IMG/VR virus record: IMGVR_UViG_3300037483_000436
Span: 1-40,923 of that record
Length of the DNA: 40,923 nt
Origin: a virus
Lineage: Duplodnaviria; Caudoviricetes
Reading direction: 5' to 3' (one strand)
The first letter of the stretch is position 1. Every line of letters begins with the position of its first letter. The translations under genes were made by a program, and so were the position numbers. The notes under the pieces were generated by a model. It was not told the origin of the DNA. It searched no databases and saw nothing but the letters and a program-made list of their open reading frames with translations. Below are positions 23,502 through 32,806 of this stretch, piece after piece.

Positions 23502-25358
23502 TCACATATTGCGCCGCGCGCGCGCGAGGATGCGGGCCACGTCCGCGGCGATATTGCCCTCCGCGCCGTGGAAACTCCGGATGTCCTGGGTCACGATGGT
23601 CACGTTCACCTGCTGCGCGGGCCCGCTCTGCCCCGCCGGCGTCACCGTGACGCGTTCGCCGCGCGAGACGCGCATGCGCAGCAGGTTTCGGTCCACGCCG
23701 GACGCGCCGCCGACGGTGAAATCCGCGCCGTTGGCAGCGGCCATGTCCCCCCACAACTCGGCGCTGGCTGCGGCACCGCTCGCCGTCGAGCCGCCGCCCA
23801 GCATACGCACGGCCGCATCGACCCAGCCCCCCGCGGCGCCGCCCAGCTTGCCGGTTCTTCCGAAATCACCGAACAGAAAACCGGATAACTTCGAGGCCGC
23901 CATTTCGGCCGCCATCCGATTGAGCATCGAGCTGAAGCTATTCGCGAGGTTGTCGAAGCGTCCCTCCATGATATCGAAAAAGCCGGTCGCCATTGCCGAC
24001 TGCATGTTGCGCGCCGCCTGCAGCGAGTATTCGGTCAACTGATCGCCGCTTTTTTTCGCCTCCGCAGCCAGCCGCTGGTCCGACTCCTGCTGCAACCGGT
24101 TGTACTCTGTGGACCGCTGTACCAGATACTGCAGGGCCGCGAAATGCGAATCTTCGATCAGATCGATTTCGTTCTGGCGCGCAATGTTCAGCGCATCCTC
24201 CAGGCCTTTGATCTGGTCCATCCGCAACTTGAAATCTTCTGTATCCAGGTCCGCGCGGAACTGCGCAAGCGCTTTGTCATCCTGCTTCATCGTGGCGGCG
24301 AATTCCGCGTAGCCGGCCAGGATGCGATTGTTGATGCTCTTCTGGCGCGCGACCTCATCGTTCGCGGCGCGGTTGCCGGTGCTGGTTGCACCGGTCCCGG
24401 ATATCGCGGCGCGCAGCGCATCGCCGCCCGGCGCATTGCCCGCCTTGGCCGCATTCGCCGCCGCAATCCGCTCGAGGATTCCGCTCGGCGCCTGGTTGGC
24501 TGCCATGAACATCTGCTCGCCGAGCACACCACGGCCAGGGCCGCCCGGCCCGCCGGCCATGCCGCCCAGCAACGAGGCAGTAATTTTGATCGTCTCGCGA
24601 ATGACCTGGTTGAGCAGCTCGCCTTTCGATGCCGCCCTGGCCAGATTCTCCCCGATGGTCGCGAGCGCGGATACGCTCGGGCCCGCTGCGTTGATCGCCA
24701 TGATTTTGAGGCTGCCGGTGATCGCCTCGATCGAATCGTTGAAACGCTCCGCAGCTCGCGCGGTCTCGCCACTCATCACCGCGCCCATGCTGCGGGCCTG
24801 GTCGGTCATCTCGCGGAGATTTCCGATCATCGGAATGAGCGCATCACCGCCGCGCCCCATCGCCTCGCGCATCACCGCCGTTTTGATTGTCGCGTCCTCG
24901 ATCGCGCCGGCGCGCTCGGCGAACTGGCGGAACGCTTCGTTCGGCCCCTGGCGGATGTCCACGCCCAGGGCCGCAAAAATTTTCCCGAGTTTGCTGGTCT
25001 GGTTGCTGCCCTCGACCAGCGACTTGTTGAAAAATCCGAGCGCGGTCGTGAGCGAACCCTGCTCGATGCCGGCGAGCTTCGCGGCGAACTGCAGCTCGGA
25101 GAGCTGCTCGACCGCGATGCCGGTGCGCGTCGCGGCCTTGGCCAGCGCATCGGCGGCGTTGAGCTGCGATTTGACGAAAGTCGCGAGCGCCCCGGTGACC
25201 ACCGTCGCCAGCAGACCGCGCATGGACAAGAGCGAATTGCTCAGCGTTTTGAATCCGCCGTCCAGCCGGTCGAGCCCGCCCTGCACGCCGCGAAACGCGG
25301 CCGTGGTCTGGTTATCGGCGCGAATGACGTACTTGACGGTCTCAATCGATTGCGCCAT
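23502..25358 (-). CDS. Tape measure protein
   Basis: I.A.N.T.AAF N-terminus, A/G-rich helical body, C-terminal GASG.D....VS.GE.V.V.P; position. Confidence 0.88.
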   Translation of the reverse strand: MAQSIETVKYVIRADNQTTAAFRGVQGGLDRLDGGFKTLSNSLLSMRGLLATVVTGALATFVKSQLNAADALAKAATRTGIAVEQLSELQFAAKLAGIEQGSLTTALGFFNKSLVEGSNQTSKLGKIFAALGVDIRQGPNEAFRQFAERAGAIEDATIKTAVMREAMGRGGDALIPMIGNLREMTDQARSMGAVMSGETARAAERFNDSIEAITGSLKIMAINAAGPSVSALATIGENLARAASKGELLNQVIRETIKITASLLGGMAGGPGGPGRGVLGEQMFMAANQAPSGILERIAAANAAKAGNAPGGDALRAAISGTGATSTGNRAANDEVARQKSINNRILAGYAEFAATMKQDDKALAQFRADLDTEDFKLRMDQIKGLEDALNIARQNEIDLIEDSHFAALQYLVQRSTEYNRLQQESDQRLAAEAKKSGDQLTEYSLQAARNMQSAMATGFFDIMEGRFDNLANSFSSMLNRMAAEMAASKLSGFLFGDFGRTGKLGGAAGGWVDAAVRMLGGGSTASGAAASAELWGDMAAANGADFTVGGASGVDRNLLRMRVSRGERVTVTPAGQSGPAQQVNVTIVTQDIRSFHGAEGNIAADVARILARARRNM

Positions 25359-26046
25359 TGCCGCCCCCGAGAAACTTGATTTGCTGCTGCAGCGTTTTCA
25401 CGAACACCTCGCGCGCGGCGCGTTCCGTCGCGGCCAGCACCACGCGGTTGCGAAATGCCGCCGGCACCGAGATACTGTGTAAACTAATGATCGGCTCTTC
25501 AGCACCTATCGATGCACCCGCATTGATTCTCCAGCCTCCCAAACCATGCCACCGTATACCTCTCGCAGATGAGCTCGCATACGAGATACGCCGCCACACC
25601 TGGCGCCTCCCCTTCGAGCCGCCGCCTTGCGCGTTGTTTGCGGTGCTCGCCGCAATAAATGCGCCACGGATTAATTTCCGCCCGCCGGAAACCTTGATCT
25701 GCACGCTCACGCCACCGCCACGTCTGTTGTGTTGCCTGCCCTTGACGTTCCACGGGTTGACCGCGCGCGCGCCGAAATTGATCAGCCCGATGCGCGCGCC
25801 GCGCAGCACCAGTTCCGCGGCCGGCGCGATGCTGCTGCCGTTCGCGTGATTTTTTTTCATCGCGCGCGCGATCACCGCCGCCCGCACTTTGTACACCTTG
25901 CGGATCTCCCGGTTGGCAGTGGTCGCCGTATTGTCCAGCGCCCGGTTCAATGCGCGGATGACGGCGCGCTTCTGCAGCCCCTCGGTCAGTGTCTGAAAGC
26001 GGGCGCGCACCGTGCCGATATTGCTCGTCACCGAAACGCCGATCAT
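25342..26046 (-). CDS. Minor tail / tail-completion protein (lambda gpZ-like)
   Basis: Basic protein with RA..RALNRA..T.A.REIR..Y.V and GVSV.IK...RK.I.GAFIA. Confidence 0.7.
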   Translation of the reverse strand: MIGVSVTSNIGTVRARFQTLTEGLQKRAVIRALNRALDNTATTANREIRKVYKVRAAVIARAMKKNHANGSSIAPAAELVLRGARIGLINFGARAVNPWNVKGRQHNRRGGGVSVQIKVSGGRKLIRGAFIAASTANNAQGGGSKGRRQVWRRISYASSSARGIRWHGLGGWRINAGASIGAEEPIISLHSISVPAAFRNRVVLAATERAAREVFVKTLQQQIKFLGGGNGAID

Positions 26047-26408
26047 TTCGCAGCCTCCGCGATTAGCGCCATATAGCGCCGGTCCAGATCGAGCAGCCAG
26101 TCCAGGTCCAGCGCGGAGAGCCGCGCCCCGGTGACGGCCGGCCAGGCGCGCAGATCCGACCAAGTGATTGCCTGCGGACCATCGGCGGAATAGCCGCGGC
26201 GCTCGTGCAGGAGCAGGAATGCGGACCACACATGCGCCGCGATCTGCGGGCAGGGCGGACCCTGGAGTTCTTCGGGGATACGGCCCGAGGCGCGCGCGGC
26301 CGCATCGAGATGTTCACGCAGCGTGCAGCCGCCCTTCTGCCGTTGCGCGAGCCGCAGTTGATGCGCGCCGAATGCTACAAGGGCGGCGCCGACCCCGGCA
26401 AAAAATTT
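26043..26408 (-). CDS. Tail assembly chaperone -1 frameshift extension (gpT-like)
   Basis: Open -1 frame KFFAGVG..TLREHL..P..AAHVW..FL.L...R....PQAI.W.D..AW....G..L...D...L..LD. Confidence 0.75.
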   Translation of the reverse strand, partial: KFFAGVGAALVAFGAHQLRLAQRQKGGCTLREHLDAAARASGRIPEELQGPPCPQIAAHVWSAFLLLHERRGYSADGPQAITWSDLRAWPAVTGARLSALDLDWLLDLDRRYMALIAEAAK

Positions 26409-26791
26409 GCCCGCTCCCCGATCGCCTCGCGCACCTGTTCGGCGATCCAGCGATAGGTGCGATAGATTTTGCGCGCCGCCTGCTGCGAAAAGACGATCGG
26501 CGCACCGTGCTCGACCAAATCGCTCCACGCGAGCGTCGCAGCCACCAGCAGCGCCAGGTCGAATTCCTCCTGCTCGTCGGGTGTCGCCACGCTGCGCCGC
26601 TCGCGCGCCAGACGCTCGTTGTGCGCGCGCAGCAGCTCGCGCACCGCGTCGCGGTACGGTTCCGCATCGGCGCCCATCACCCGGATCACCGCGCCTATGG
26701 GCGCACGCGTGACCGGGTGCAGCAACCGCACATCGCATCCCTGCGCCGCGCAGCTAGCCGTGTCGAGCTCGGCCAGGTCCATTAATTGCAT
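26375..26791 (-). CDS. Tail assembly chaperone (gpG-like)
   Basis: GGAGG RBS; L.HPVT...G..I.V.G.D; ends W..EQV..AI..RANFL. Confidence 0.82.
   Translation of the reverse strand: MQLMDLAELDTASCAAQGCDVRLLHPVTRAPIGAVIRVMGADAEPYRDAVRELLRAHNERLARERRSVATPDEQEEFDLALLVAATLAWSDLVEHGAPIVFSQQAARKIYRTYRWIAEQVREAIGERANFLPGSAPPL
26399..26408 (-). other. Programmed -1 ribosomal frameshift slippery site
   Basis: GCA AAT TTT TTG in the chaperone frame (A AAT TTT / T TTT TTG) leads into the gpT-like -1 frame. Confidence 0.7.
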
Positions 26792-26889
26792 CGTCGATTC
26801 CTCCAGAATTTTCGGCGGCGCCTGGTGCATGCGCCCATCGCCGCCCGCCCGGAGCCGGGCCTCGCTTCTCGCCTCGCTGGTTGTCCCAG

Positions 26890-28101
26890 TTACGCTTGGC
26901 TGTCCTGCACCGCCAGCGTGCTCTGCTCGGTGGTGGCGGCCGCTCCGCCGGAGCTGTTGTACAGCGCGGTGAACGGAAACGTCTGGATCAGATTCTTCTC
27001 GCCGTCATCCTTGTCCGCCCCGCCGACCTTTATCCTCGGGAAACTCCACGCCTGGAAATCCGCCGCGGCCGCGTTCGACGCGGACAGCGCCACGCTCAGC
27101 GCAACCTCGGTCTCGTCGATGAAATAATCCCGCAGCGTCGCCGACTCGAACAGCGCGGTGAAATTTCCATCGACCAGCACCCGGCCCTCGGCGATGTCCG
27201 CGTAGACATTCGAGCCCACCACCGCCTCGCCGCTCATGTTGCCGCTGACCGTGAAATCCAGGCCGGTGAGTGTGGCGACGCGCGTGCCCTGCACAGAGAG
27301 CACGCCATTGACCGCGGCGAGCACGCCGGTCGAGGTCTCCGCCGTCGGCGTGGTGTAGTAGGCGGCTCCGGCGGTGGTGATGTCGCGGCCGAGGAAGGCG
27401 AAATTAATCGTCGCCATTCCGCTCGGCGGTAGCTGCAGCGCCATCGACTGGATTTTGCAACCGGTGAACAACTCAGAGAGCGTCAGGTCCGCGTGATAGT
27501 GCTCGATCGAGTACGAAAGATCCGTGTGACCGCTGGCGGGCGCGTAGGTTGTTTTGCCCGGCAGCGCCACGGTGCCGGATGCGATCGGGCCTTCGGCGAC
27601 GAGCGCCACGCCGTTGAGCGGATACACGGTGAGGATGGTCGCGTCCTCGGCGAGCACGAACAAATTCTTGTTGAGGTTCGCCGCGTCGTAGGCGCCCGCG
27701 GTGATGCGGATCACGTTGCCGACTTTGACCCCGTCGGTGATCCACGAGCCGGCGCTGCGCGTGATGGTGTAGTTCACCCCGGAAACGGCGAGGGTGAGTG
27801 TGAGGCTGGTGATGTCGTTTACAGCCGTGAACGCGCGCCGCAGCGCCGCCGCGATCAGATCCTCCCAGGTGCCGACCGACAGCTCGCCGGCGATGGTGCC
27901 CTCCACCGAGCGCACGCCGTGGCGCATGTCCGCACGCTGGTAGTCGGAGCGGATCTCGTTCGACTGGTAGGTCTGTTTTCGCAGCGACAGGTCAGAGGTC
28001 ACGCGCCGCAACAGTTGCGCGCCGGTCGCCCCCGGCGCCGTGCCCCAGGCGGATTCAACTTTATAGCGCAGTTGCTTCGCGACGCCGGTGGCGATTGTCA
28101 T
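26890..28101 (-). CDS. Major tail tube protein
   Basis: MTIATGV...L.Y..E..WGT.P..LLRRV.S.L.L.K.TYQS.EIR.D.Q..D.RHG.RSV.G; AAGGAG RBS. Confidence 0.88.
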   Translation of the reverse strand: MTIATGVAKQLRYKVESAWGTAPGATGAQLLRRVTSDLSLRKQTYQSNEIRSDYQRADMRHGVRSVEGTIAGELSVGTWEDLIAAALRRAFTAVNDITSLTLTLAVSGVNYTITRSAGSWITDGVKVGNVIRITAGAYDAANLNKNLFVLAEDATILTVYPLNGVALVAEGPIASGTVALPGKTTYAPASGHTDLSYSIEHYHADLTLSELFTGCKIQSMALQLPPSGMATINFAFLGRDITTAGAAYYTTPTAETSTGVLAAVNGVLSVQGTRVATLTGLDFTVSGNMSGEAVVGSNVYADIAEGRVLVDGNFTALFESATLRDYFIDETEVALSVALSASNAAAADFQAWSFPRIKVGGADKDDGEKNLIQTFPFTALYNSSGGAAATTEQSTLAVQDSQA

Positions 28102-28138
28102 GGTAACGACTCCTTAATAGGGACAAGGCGGCGTGTCA

Positions 28139-28591
28139 TCACAGGGGCACATCCGGTGCGCCCTGCGCCGTGTGGTAAATAATCTCGTAGGTGGTGCGTC
28201 CGACCGCGACCGGCAGGTCCGCATCGGCGCTCGAGTCGTACTCGAACGCGCGCGGCTCGATCATCTGCGCCAGGCCGCCGAGCGGCACACCGACATCGAG
28301 CTCGACCTCGACCTCGATGCACATCGCATCGATCGTGTCGACGGCGTCGATCGAGGCTTTCACACACGCCTCGATCACCACCGCAAGCCCACACGCGCGC
28401 GTGCGCACCACACCGTGCTCGCTGATCGCCCCAGATTCCTCGCCCGGGTACACCCGCAGCGCCGGCAGCTCCGCCGCCTGCAGCGGCCGCTCCTCGGGGC
28501 GTTCGGTGAACACGTTCGCACCACTGGTGGTGAGCCCGGTGAGCGCCGCGGCGAGCGCGGTGATGATCTGGCGGTGCACGTGATCGGCCAT
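28139..28591 (-). CDS. Tail terminator (gpU-like), copy B
   Basis: HVHRQII.AL...L.GL.T.G..VF..R...L...ELPAL.VY..; directly upstream of the tail tube. Confidence 0.75.
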   Translation of the reverse strand: MADHVHRQIITALAAALTGLTTSGANVFTERPEERPLQAAELPALRVYPGEESGAISEHGVVRTRACGLAVVIEACVKASIDAVDTIDAMCIEVEVELDVGVPLGGLAQMIEPRAFEYDSSADADLPVAVGRTTYEIIYHTAQGAPDVPL

Positions 28592-28634
28592 CGATGCTCC
28601 CGCGTAACCGATCGGCGGCGCTCGCCGGCGGCGC

Positions 28635-29726
28635 CTACGCCGCCAAGTGCGGCGCGCCGGCCGCGGTGTGATACAGCGCCTCGAACCCCAGCGTGCCCAG
28701 CGCCTCGGGCGCGTCGGCCGACGCGTCGAGCGCGAGCGAGATCTGCCGCAGCTCCACCCAGCTCGCCAGGCCCCCGAGCGTCGGGTCCGCGTCCAGGGCA
28801 ACTTCGATTTCCTTGCGCATCGTGTCCACCGTCGCCGCCGGTGTGCCGGTGGATTTGACCACCAGCTCCACCTGCACCTGCAGCGTGCGCGCACGGATGC
28901 GCCCCGCGCCCATCGTGAGCGTCTCGATCGTCTCCCCGGGCGTCGACAGGCGCAGCCCCGGCAGCTCGTCCGCCTGCAGCGGTTGCCCCTCGGGGCGCGC
29001 CACGTAGATCCTCGATCCGGTAGTGGCGAGGCCCGAGAGCACTACCTCGATCGCGTCGCGGATTTGGCGGCGCATATGCAGCACGACAGCGCCCGCGCTC
29101 GCAACACCTGTAGCCGTGAGCGCGCCTTCGCCGGAAAGCGTCGCCGCGCCGCTCGCGCCCTTCGAGCCCTGCGCGACGATCGCCCCCGAATCGCCGAGCG
29201 ATGCTGTGCCGCTGTGCGCCTCGGCCGAAGTGCCGGCCGCGGTGAGATCGCCAAACCCGGTCAGCGTGGCGGCGCTGAGCGCGCCATTCTGTCCGGCCGC
29301 GACCAGGTCCCCGAAGCCACTGAGCGCTGCGGCGCTGAACCCGTGCTTCTGCGCGGACGCCGTTATTCCGCCGTGCCCCGCAACGCTCGCCGAGCTCTGT
29401 CCTCCGGAGATTCCCGAGGCCAGCGTCGAGCCCGTGCCCGATACCGAAGCGAAACCGCTCGCGTGTTTCTGCACTGACGCCGCGATCGCGCCGGAGGACG
29501 TGAGCAACGCGAGGCCGAGAGCGCCTTTCGCGATCGCCGCGACGATCGCGCCGAAGCCGGCTATGGAGGCAGCACCGCTCGCTCCGGCCGCCGCATTATT
29601 CGGCTCCGCAACGAACTGCGCCCCCGGAATCTGCCACTGCCGCGCCGCCGTGTTCGGTTGCTCCGCGAGCAACACCCCACCGATCGGGCCGGGCAGGCCC
29701 GGGATTATGCGTTGCTTGGCTGCCAT
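28635..29726 (-). CDS. Fibre-like G/A/S repeat region fused to a second tail-terminator domain (copy A)
   Basis: About eight ~20-aa repeats (A.L.G.G.L.A.G), then a C-terminal ~148 aa colinear with 28139-28591. Confidence 0.75.
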   Translation of the reverse strand: MAAKQRIIPGLPGPIGGVLLAEQPNTAARQWQIPGAQFVAEPNNAAAGASGAASIAGFGAIVAAIAKGALGLALLTSSGAIAASVQKHASGFASVSGTGSTLASGISGGQSSASVAGHGGITASAQKHGFSAAALSGFGDLVAAGQNGALSAATLTGFGDLTAAGTSAEAHSGTASLGDSGAIVAQGSKGASGAATLSGEGALTATGVASAGAVVLHMRRQIRDAIEVVLSGLATTGSRIYVARPEGQPLQADELPGLRLSTPGETIETLTMGAGRIRARTLQVQVELVVKSTGTPAATVDTMRKEIEVALDADPTLGGLASWVELRQISLALDASADAPEALGTLGFEALYHTAAGAPHLAA

Positions 29727-29951
29727 TTATTGGCGTTCCTCGTCAACGGCCTCAAATAACGCCTCTGCCGGAGAATATCCAGCGGCGTATCGATCTACCC
29801 ACAAGTCGTCGGCTTCCGGCGCGGTGAAAACAGCCTCCCGTATGCTGCGGCCAACCCACGGGGAATGGCGGTCCAGGATCTCAGCCGGTAGGTTGCGTGC
29901 GCATTCCCGCAACTCAGCCATCCATGCATCGTGAGACATAGTATTCATCAT
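29727..29951 (-). CDS. Small hypothetical protein inside the structural operon
   Basis: ATGA-coupled to the 455-aa gene; stop abuts the next ATG. Confidence 0.5.
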   Translation of the reverse strand: MMNTMSHDAWMAELRECARNLPAEILDRHSPWVGRSIREAVFTAPEADDLWVDRYAAGYSPAEALFEAVDEERQ

Positions 29952-31315
29952 GCCACCGTCGGTAGAGGATCGATGTACACAACCGCGCTCGCCACGGCAA
30001 GACCAACACGGACGTGGATGGAGCCCTTCTCCTGCGCAGTGAACGTCACCTGCAGTTTCTGCGTGTCCCACCCGGCCGCGTCTCCGGTCCACGCTGCAGC
30101 GCTTGTGGTCTGGTCAGTCGCTGCCGCCAGCGGGTCGCCGTTCGGGATCGTGGTCGTTGCGCCCGCCTTGTCCGTGAGCATCAGCGATCGCGGCGTCCCG
30201 CTTGTCCCGAGGTACTGGGTTTCGAGCCAGCATTCTTTGTCGGTCAGCGCGCCATCCATACCCGCTCCAGCGCTGTTGTGATTGACCTCCACGGTTACGG
30301 TCTGCGCACTGCCGACCACGTCGTTCCAAATCACCATCTCCGGTGTGTACAGCACGATTGCCGGGAACTCCGCATTCGCGCTCGCCGTCATTTTCCAGGA
30401 GAAGCGCGTCGTGCCGCCGTCCGGACTCGCGCCGGCGTCGTTGTACACGCTGGTATCGTCGATGATGTTCCCGGCGTAGTCCTGGATTTCCAGTCTGTAG
30501 AACGTGTCCCCGTCGTCGCAGTTGTAAAGTTCCAAGCGGGTGTTGAATGCGGTCGGGGCTGCGCCGACGTTGCCGGACCAGCTCGCGGGCAACTTGCAGT
30601 TGCGGATCACGGCGCGACCACTGCCTACGGCACCAGCACTGAAGATCACCAGACCGGCAGCGCCAGCGGAAAGATCGAGGCCCTCCAATAAAATGTCCGT
30701 GCCTGGAGCAGCTAACGCTAATAGTGTCGTGATTGCCGACCCACTTATCGCTCCACCGCTCCATCGAAAACGCCCGCGACCCTGTTGTATTTTCTGTGCT
30801 GCATTCGCGAACACGGCATTGCAATTGTTCCAAATGACCGTGTGTTCCTGATTTATGCCGCCAGAGTTTCCAACGGAAATAAGGCAACCAGTACCCGTGT
30901 CACCCAACGTGAAGGTACAGTCCTCGTAACGCTGGAAGTCGCCATCATTCTGCGCGAAAGACAAATTTCTATTGTTACCAGACGATATACCAGCCTTAAA
31001 TGTCATCCCGTACGCGTACAAAACCCCTGTGATGGTGAGCGCTGACGACGTGGTGAGGTTGTTGACCTGTGCACCAGCGACAACGGCCGCCGGAGGTGCC
31101 CCGCTAGCTGCTGTGCTGTAGAGATAAGTGGGCGACGCTAACGTGCCACCGAATGCGAGCGTTGCCAACGCAGCGAAATCCTCCGTGTGCGTGCTGGCGA
31201 TGTAGATCGAGTCCCCGACCCCAGTCTCGTTCCCGTCCAGAACCGTGAAGGCGTTGGCCCAGTCCGCCCCGGTTGCGGCACCGGCCGCCGCGTCGTCGAT
31301 GTAGATATCGGCCAT
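29948..31315 (-). CDS. Virion appendage protein (beta-helix/beta-sandwich-like; neck or head fibre)
   Basis: N-terminal IYID..A.GA.TG.DWANAF; G/N/T/S-rich body; C-terminal Q.L.VTFT.QEKG.I..RV......VYIDP. Confidence 0.65.
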   Translation of the reverse strand: MADIYIDDAAAGAATGADWANAFTVLDGNETGVGDSIYIASTHTEDFAALATLAFGGTLASPTYLYSTAASGAPPAAVVAGAQVNNLTTSSALTITGVLYAYGMTFKAGISSGNNRNLSFAQNDGDFQRYEDCTFTLGDTGTGCLISVGNSGGINQEHTVIWNNCNAVFANAAQKIQQGRGRFRWSGGAISGSAITTLLALAAPGTDILLEGLDLSAGAAGLVIFSAGAVGSGRAVIRNCKLPASWSGNVGAAPTAFNTRLELYNCDDGDTFYRLEIQDYAGNIIDDTSVYNDAGASPDGGTTRFSWKMTASANAEFPAIVLYTPEMVIWNDVVGSAQTVTVEVNHNSAGAGMDGALTDKECWLETQYLGTSGTPRSLMLTDKAGATTTIPNGDPLAAATDQTTSAAAWTGDAAGWDTQKLQVTFTAQEKGSIHVRVGLAVASAVVYIDPLPTVA

Positions 31316-31317
31316 TC

Positions 31318-31791
31318 CTATTCGCCCATCGCGGATTCAACGATCAACAGCGAATCGGCTACCGTCTGCATTTTTGCTTTGAGCGTCGTCCACTGGCCGG
31401 CAGTCAGGCTGAAGATGTTTCGCACCTGGGTGTCGGTGTAGTGCCCGTCGCTGATCTGGCGCAGCAGCCAGCGTGCGAGGTAGGCGCAACCGTCGCCGCT
31501 TGAAGCCAGGTACTTCGCGCGCAGCCTCACGCCGAACTGCGTAGCGGTCTGCCACAGCAGAGGGGTCGGCGCGGCCGACGTGAACAACGCAGCCTCGAAC
31601 TCCGCTTGCGCCAACTCCTCAGCCAGCCGCACGGCACGCGCACCAATGATCGCCTGCGGGTCCATCGTGTCGCGGCAGCGATACTGAAACAGATAGGTCA
31701 TGCCGGTCGAATCCGTATGGCGCTCGACGGTCAGGCGGCGGCCGTCCTGGCCTTGCGCGCTCTGCTCGAAAACGCTGGAGACGAGGGCCAT
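31318..31791 (-). CDS. Hypothetical protein of the neck module
   Basis: Tightly packed in the structural operon. Confidence 0.65.
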   Translation of the reverse strand: MALVSSVFEQSAQGQDGRRLTVERHTDSTGMTYLFQYRCRDTMDPQAIIGARAVRLAEELAQAEFEAALFTSAAPTPLLWQTATQFGVRLRAKYLASSGDGCAYLARWLLRQISDGHYTDTQVRNIFSLTAGQWTTLKAKMQTVADSLLIVESAMGE

Positions 31792-31804
31792 GTCAATTCA
31801 CAAG

Positions 31805-32398
31805 CTACGCCGCCACCCGATCGCCGTTCAGATCCAGTTTCTGATCCGTTAGCGTATAGGTGCCCTGCCCGCCGAACGTCTCCTGCGTCACCGGATCGAT
31901 GCCGTACAGCGTTCCCGCTGTACTCGCGCTGTAGGTTCCTACAGCGTCCACTACCGCCGCCGCCGGCACGTCGAACACCGCGCCGTTCGTCGAGTCATCA
32001 GCCAGCCCAACGGCCGCCGCTGCATACGCGACCGCCTTCCGCGCATAGGCTGGAGAGCCGCCGCTGATCTCGGCGTACTTCGTCACCGTGCACCCGACGA
32101 TGTCAGTCGTGAAATCGATCGCCGCTCCGCCGGACGTTTCCGCGAGCGAGAAATCGGAGCCCGCCACCCCGACCACGAAATAGGGCACATCGTTGAAAAG
32201 CCCCGCACCTTCTGATGCGAGAAGCGAAAGGATCACCAGGTCCCCGTCCGATAGGCCATGCGATGTTTTGTTGAGTAGATTCGTGGTGGCCGTTCCCGTC
32301 ACGCCGGTAATGGCGGTCGCTGTGAGCAGCCCGCAGTACGTGGCCAGAGCCGTCAACGCGTCGAGCATGGCGTTTTTCCCAGCGATCGTATAGGGCAT
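31805..32398 (-). CDS. Neck/collar fibre-associated structural protein with an inserted HG..GD.V beta domain
   Basis: KN.MLDAL..EISGGSPAYARKAV.Y..A..G..FDVPA..G.Y...T.GT..G; insert SHGLSDGDLV..YFVV...DFSLA. Confidence 0.6.
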   Translation of the reverse strand: MPYTIAGKNAMLDALTALATYCGLLTATAITGVTGTATTNLLNKTSHGLSDGDLVILSLLASEGAGLFNDVPYFVVGVAGSDFSLAETSGGAAIDFTTDIVGCTVTKYAEISGGSPAYARKAVAYAAAAVGLADDSTNGAVFDVPAAAVVDAVGTYSASTAGTLYGIDPVTQETFGGQGTYTLTDQKLDLNGDRVAA

Positions 32399-32425
32399 CT
32401 CGTTTTTCTCCCGATGTCAGAATTG

Positions 32426-32719
32426 TCAGGCCGTCTCGAGCTGCAGCAGCACGATCGCCCCGTCGTCCTGCGGCTCGCGGCTGCGGATGGTGTAGCTGAT
32501 GCCGTTGATCACGATCGTCCCACCGACACTCGTCGTCGCCGGAAAATCCGCCGCCCGCGCAAGCGCCACCGGGTTGGTGCCCGCGACCGCGAACGGCGCG
32601 ACAAACGCCGCGTCGAAAATCACGCTCGGCGTCGAGGCCGCGCCCGAGGTCGGGGTGAACGTGGCGGCGATGGCGAAATCGTCGCTGTCGAAAAAAACGC
32701 TGAGGTCCTCGGTGAACAT
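32426..32719 (-). CDS. Head-tail joining protein (gpFII-like)
   Basis: MF.EDL.VFFD.DDFA..A.F..IFD..I.G..Y.I...E..DDG....L.L. Confidence 0.8.
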   Translation of the reverse strand: MFTEDLSVFFDSDDFAIAATFTPTSGAASTPSVIFDAAFVAPFAVAGTNPVALARAADFPATTSVGGTIVINGISYTIRSREPQDDGAIVLLQLETA

Positions 32720-32761
32720 AGCGCTCCCATTTTTTTCTCAATCCACTCGCCAGCGAATTCA

Positions 32762-32787
32762 GAAAAAAGGCGGGCCGCGGCCCGCCT
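32762..32787 (-). terminator. Intrinsic terminator after the major capsid gene
   Basis: AGGCGGGC-CGCG-GCCCGCCT followed by TTTTT on the minus strand. Confidence 0.8.
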
Positions 32788-32806
32788 GGTTGACATAGAC
32801 CCGGTG

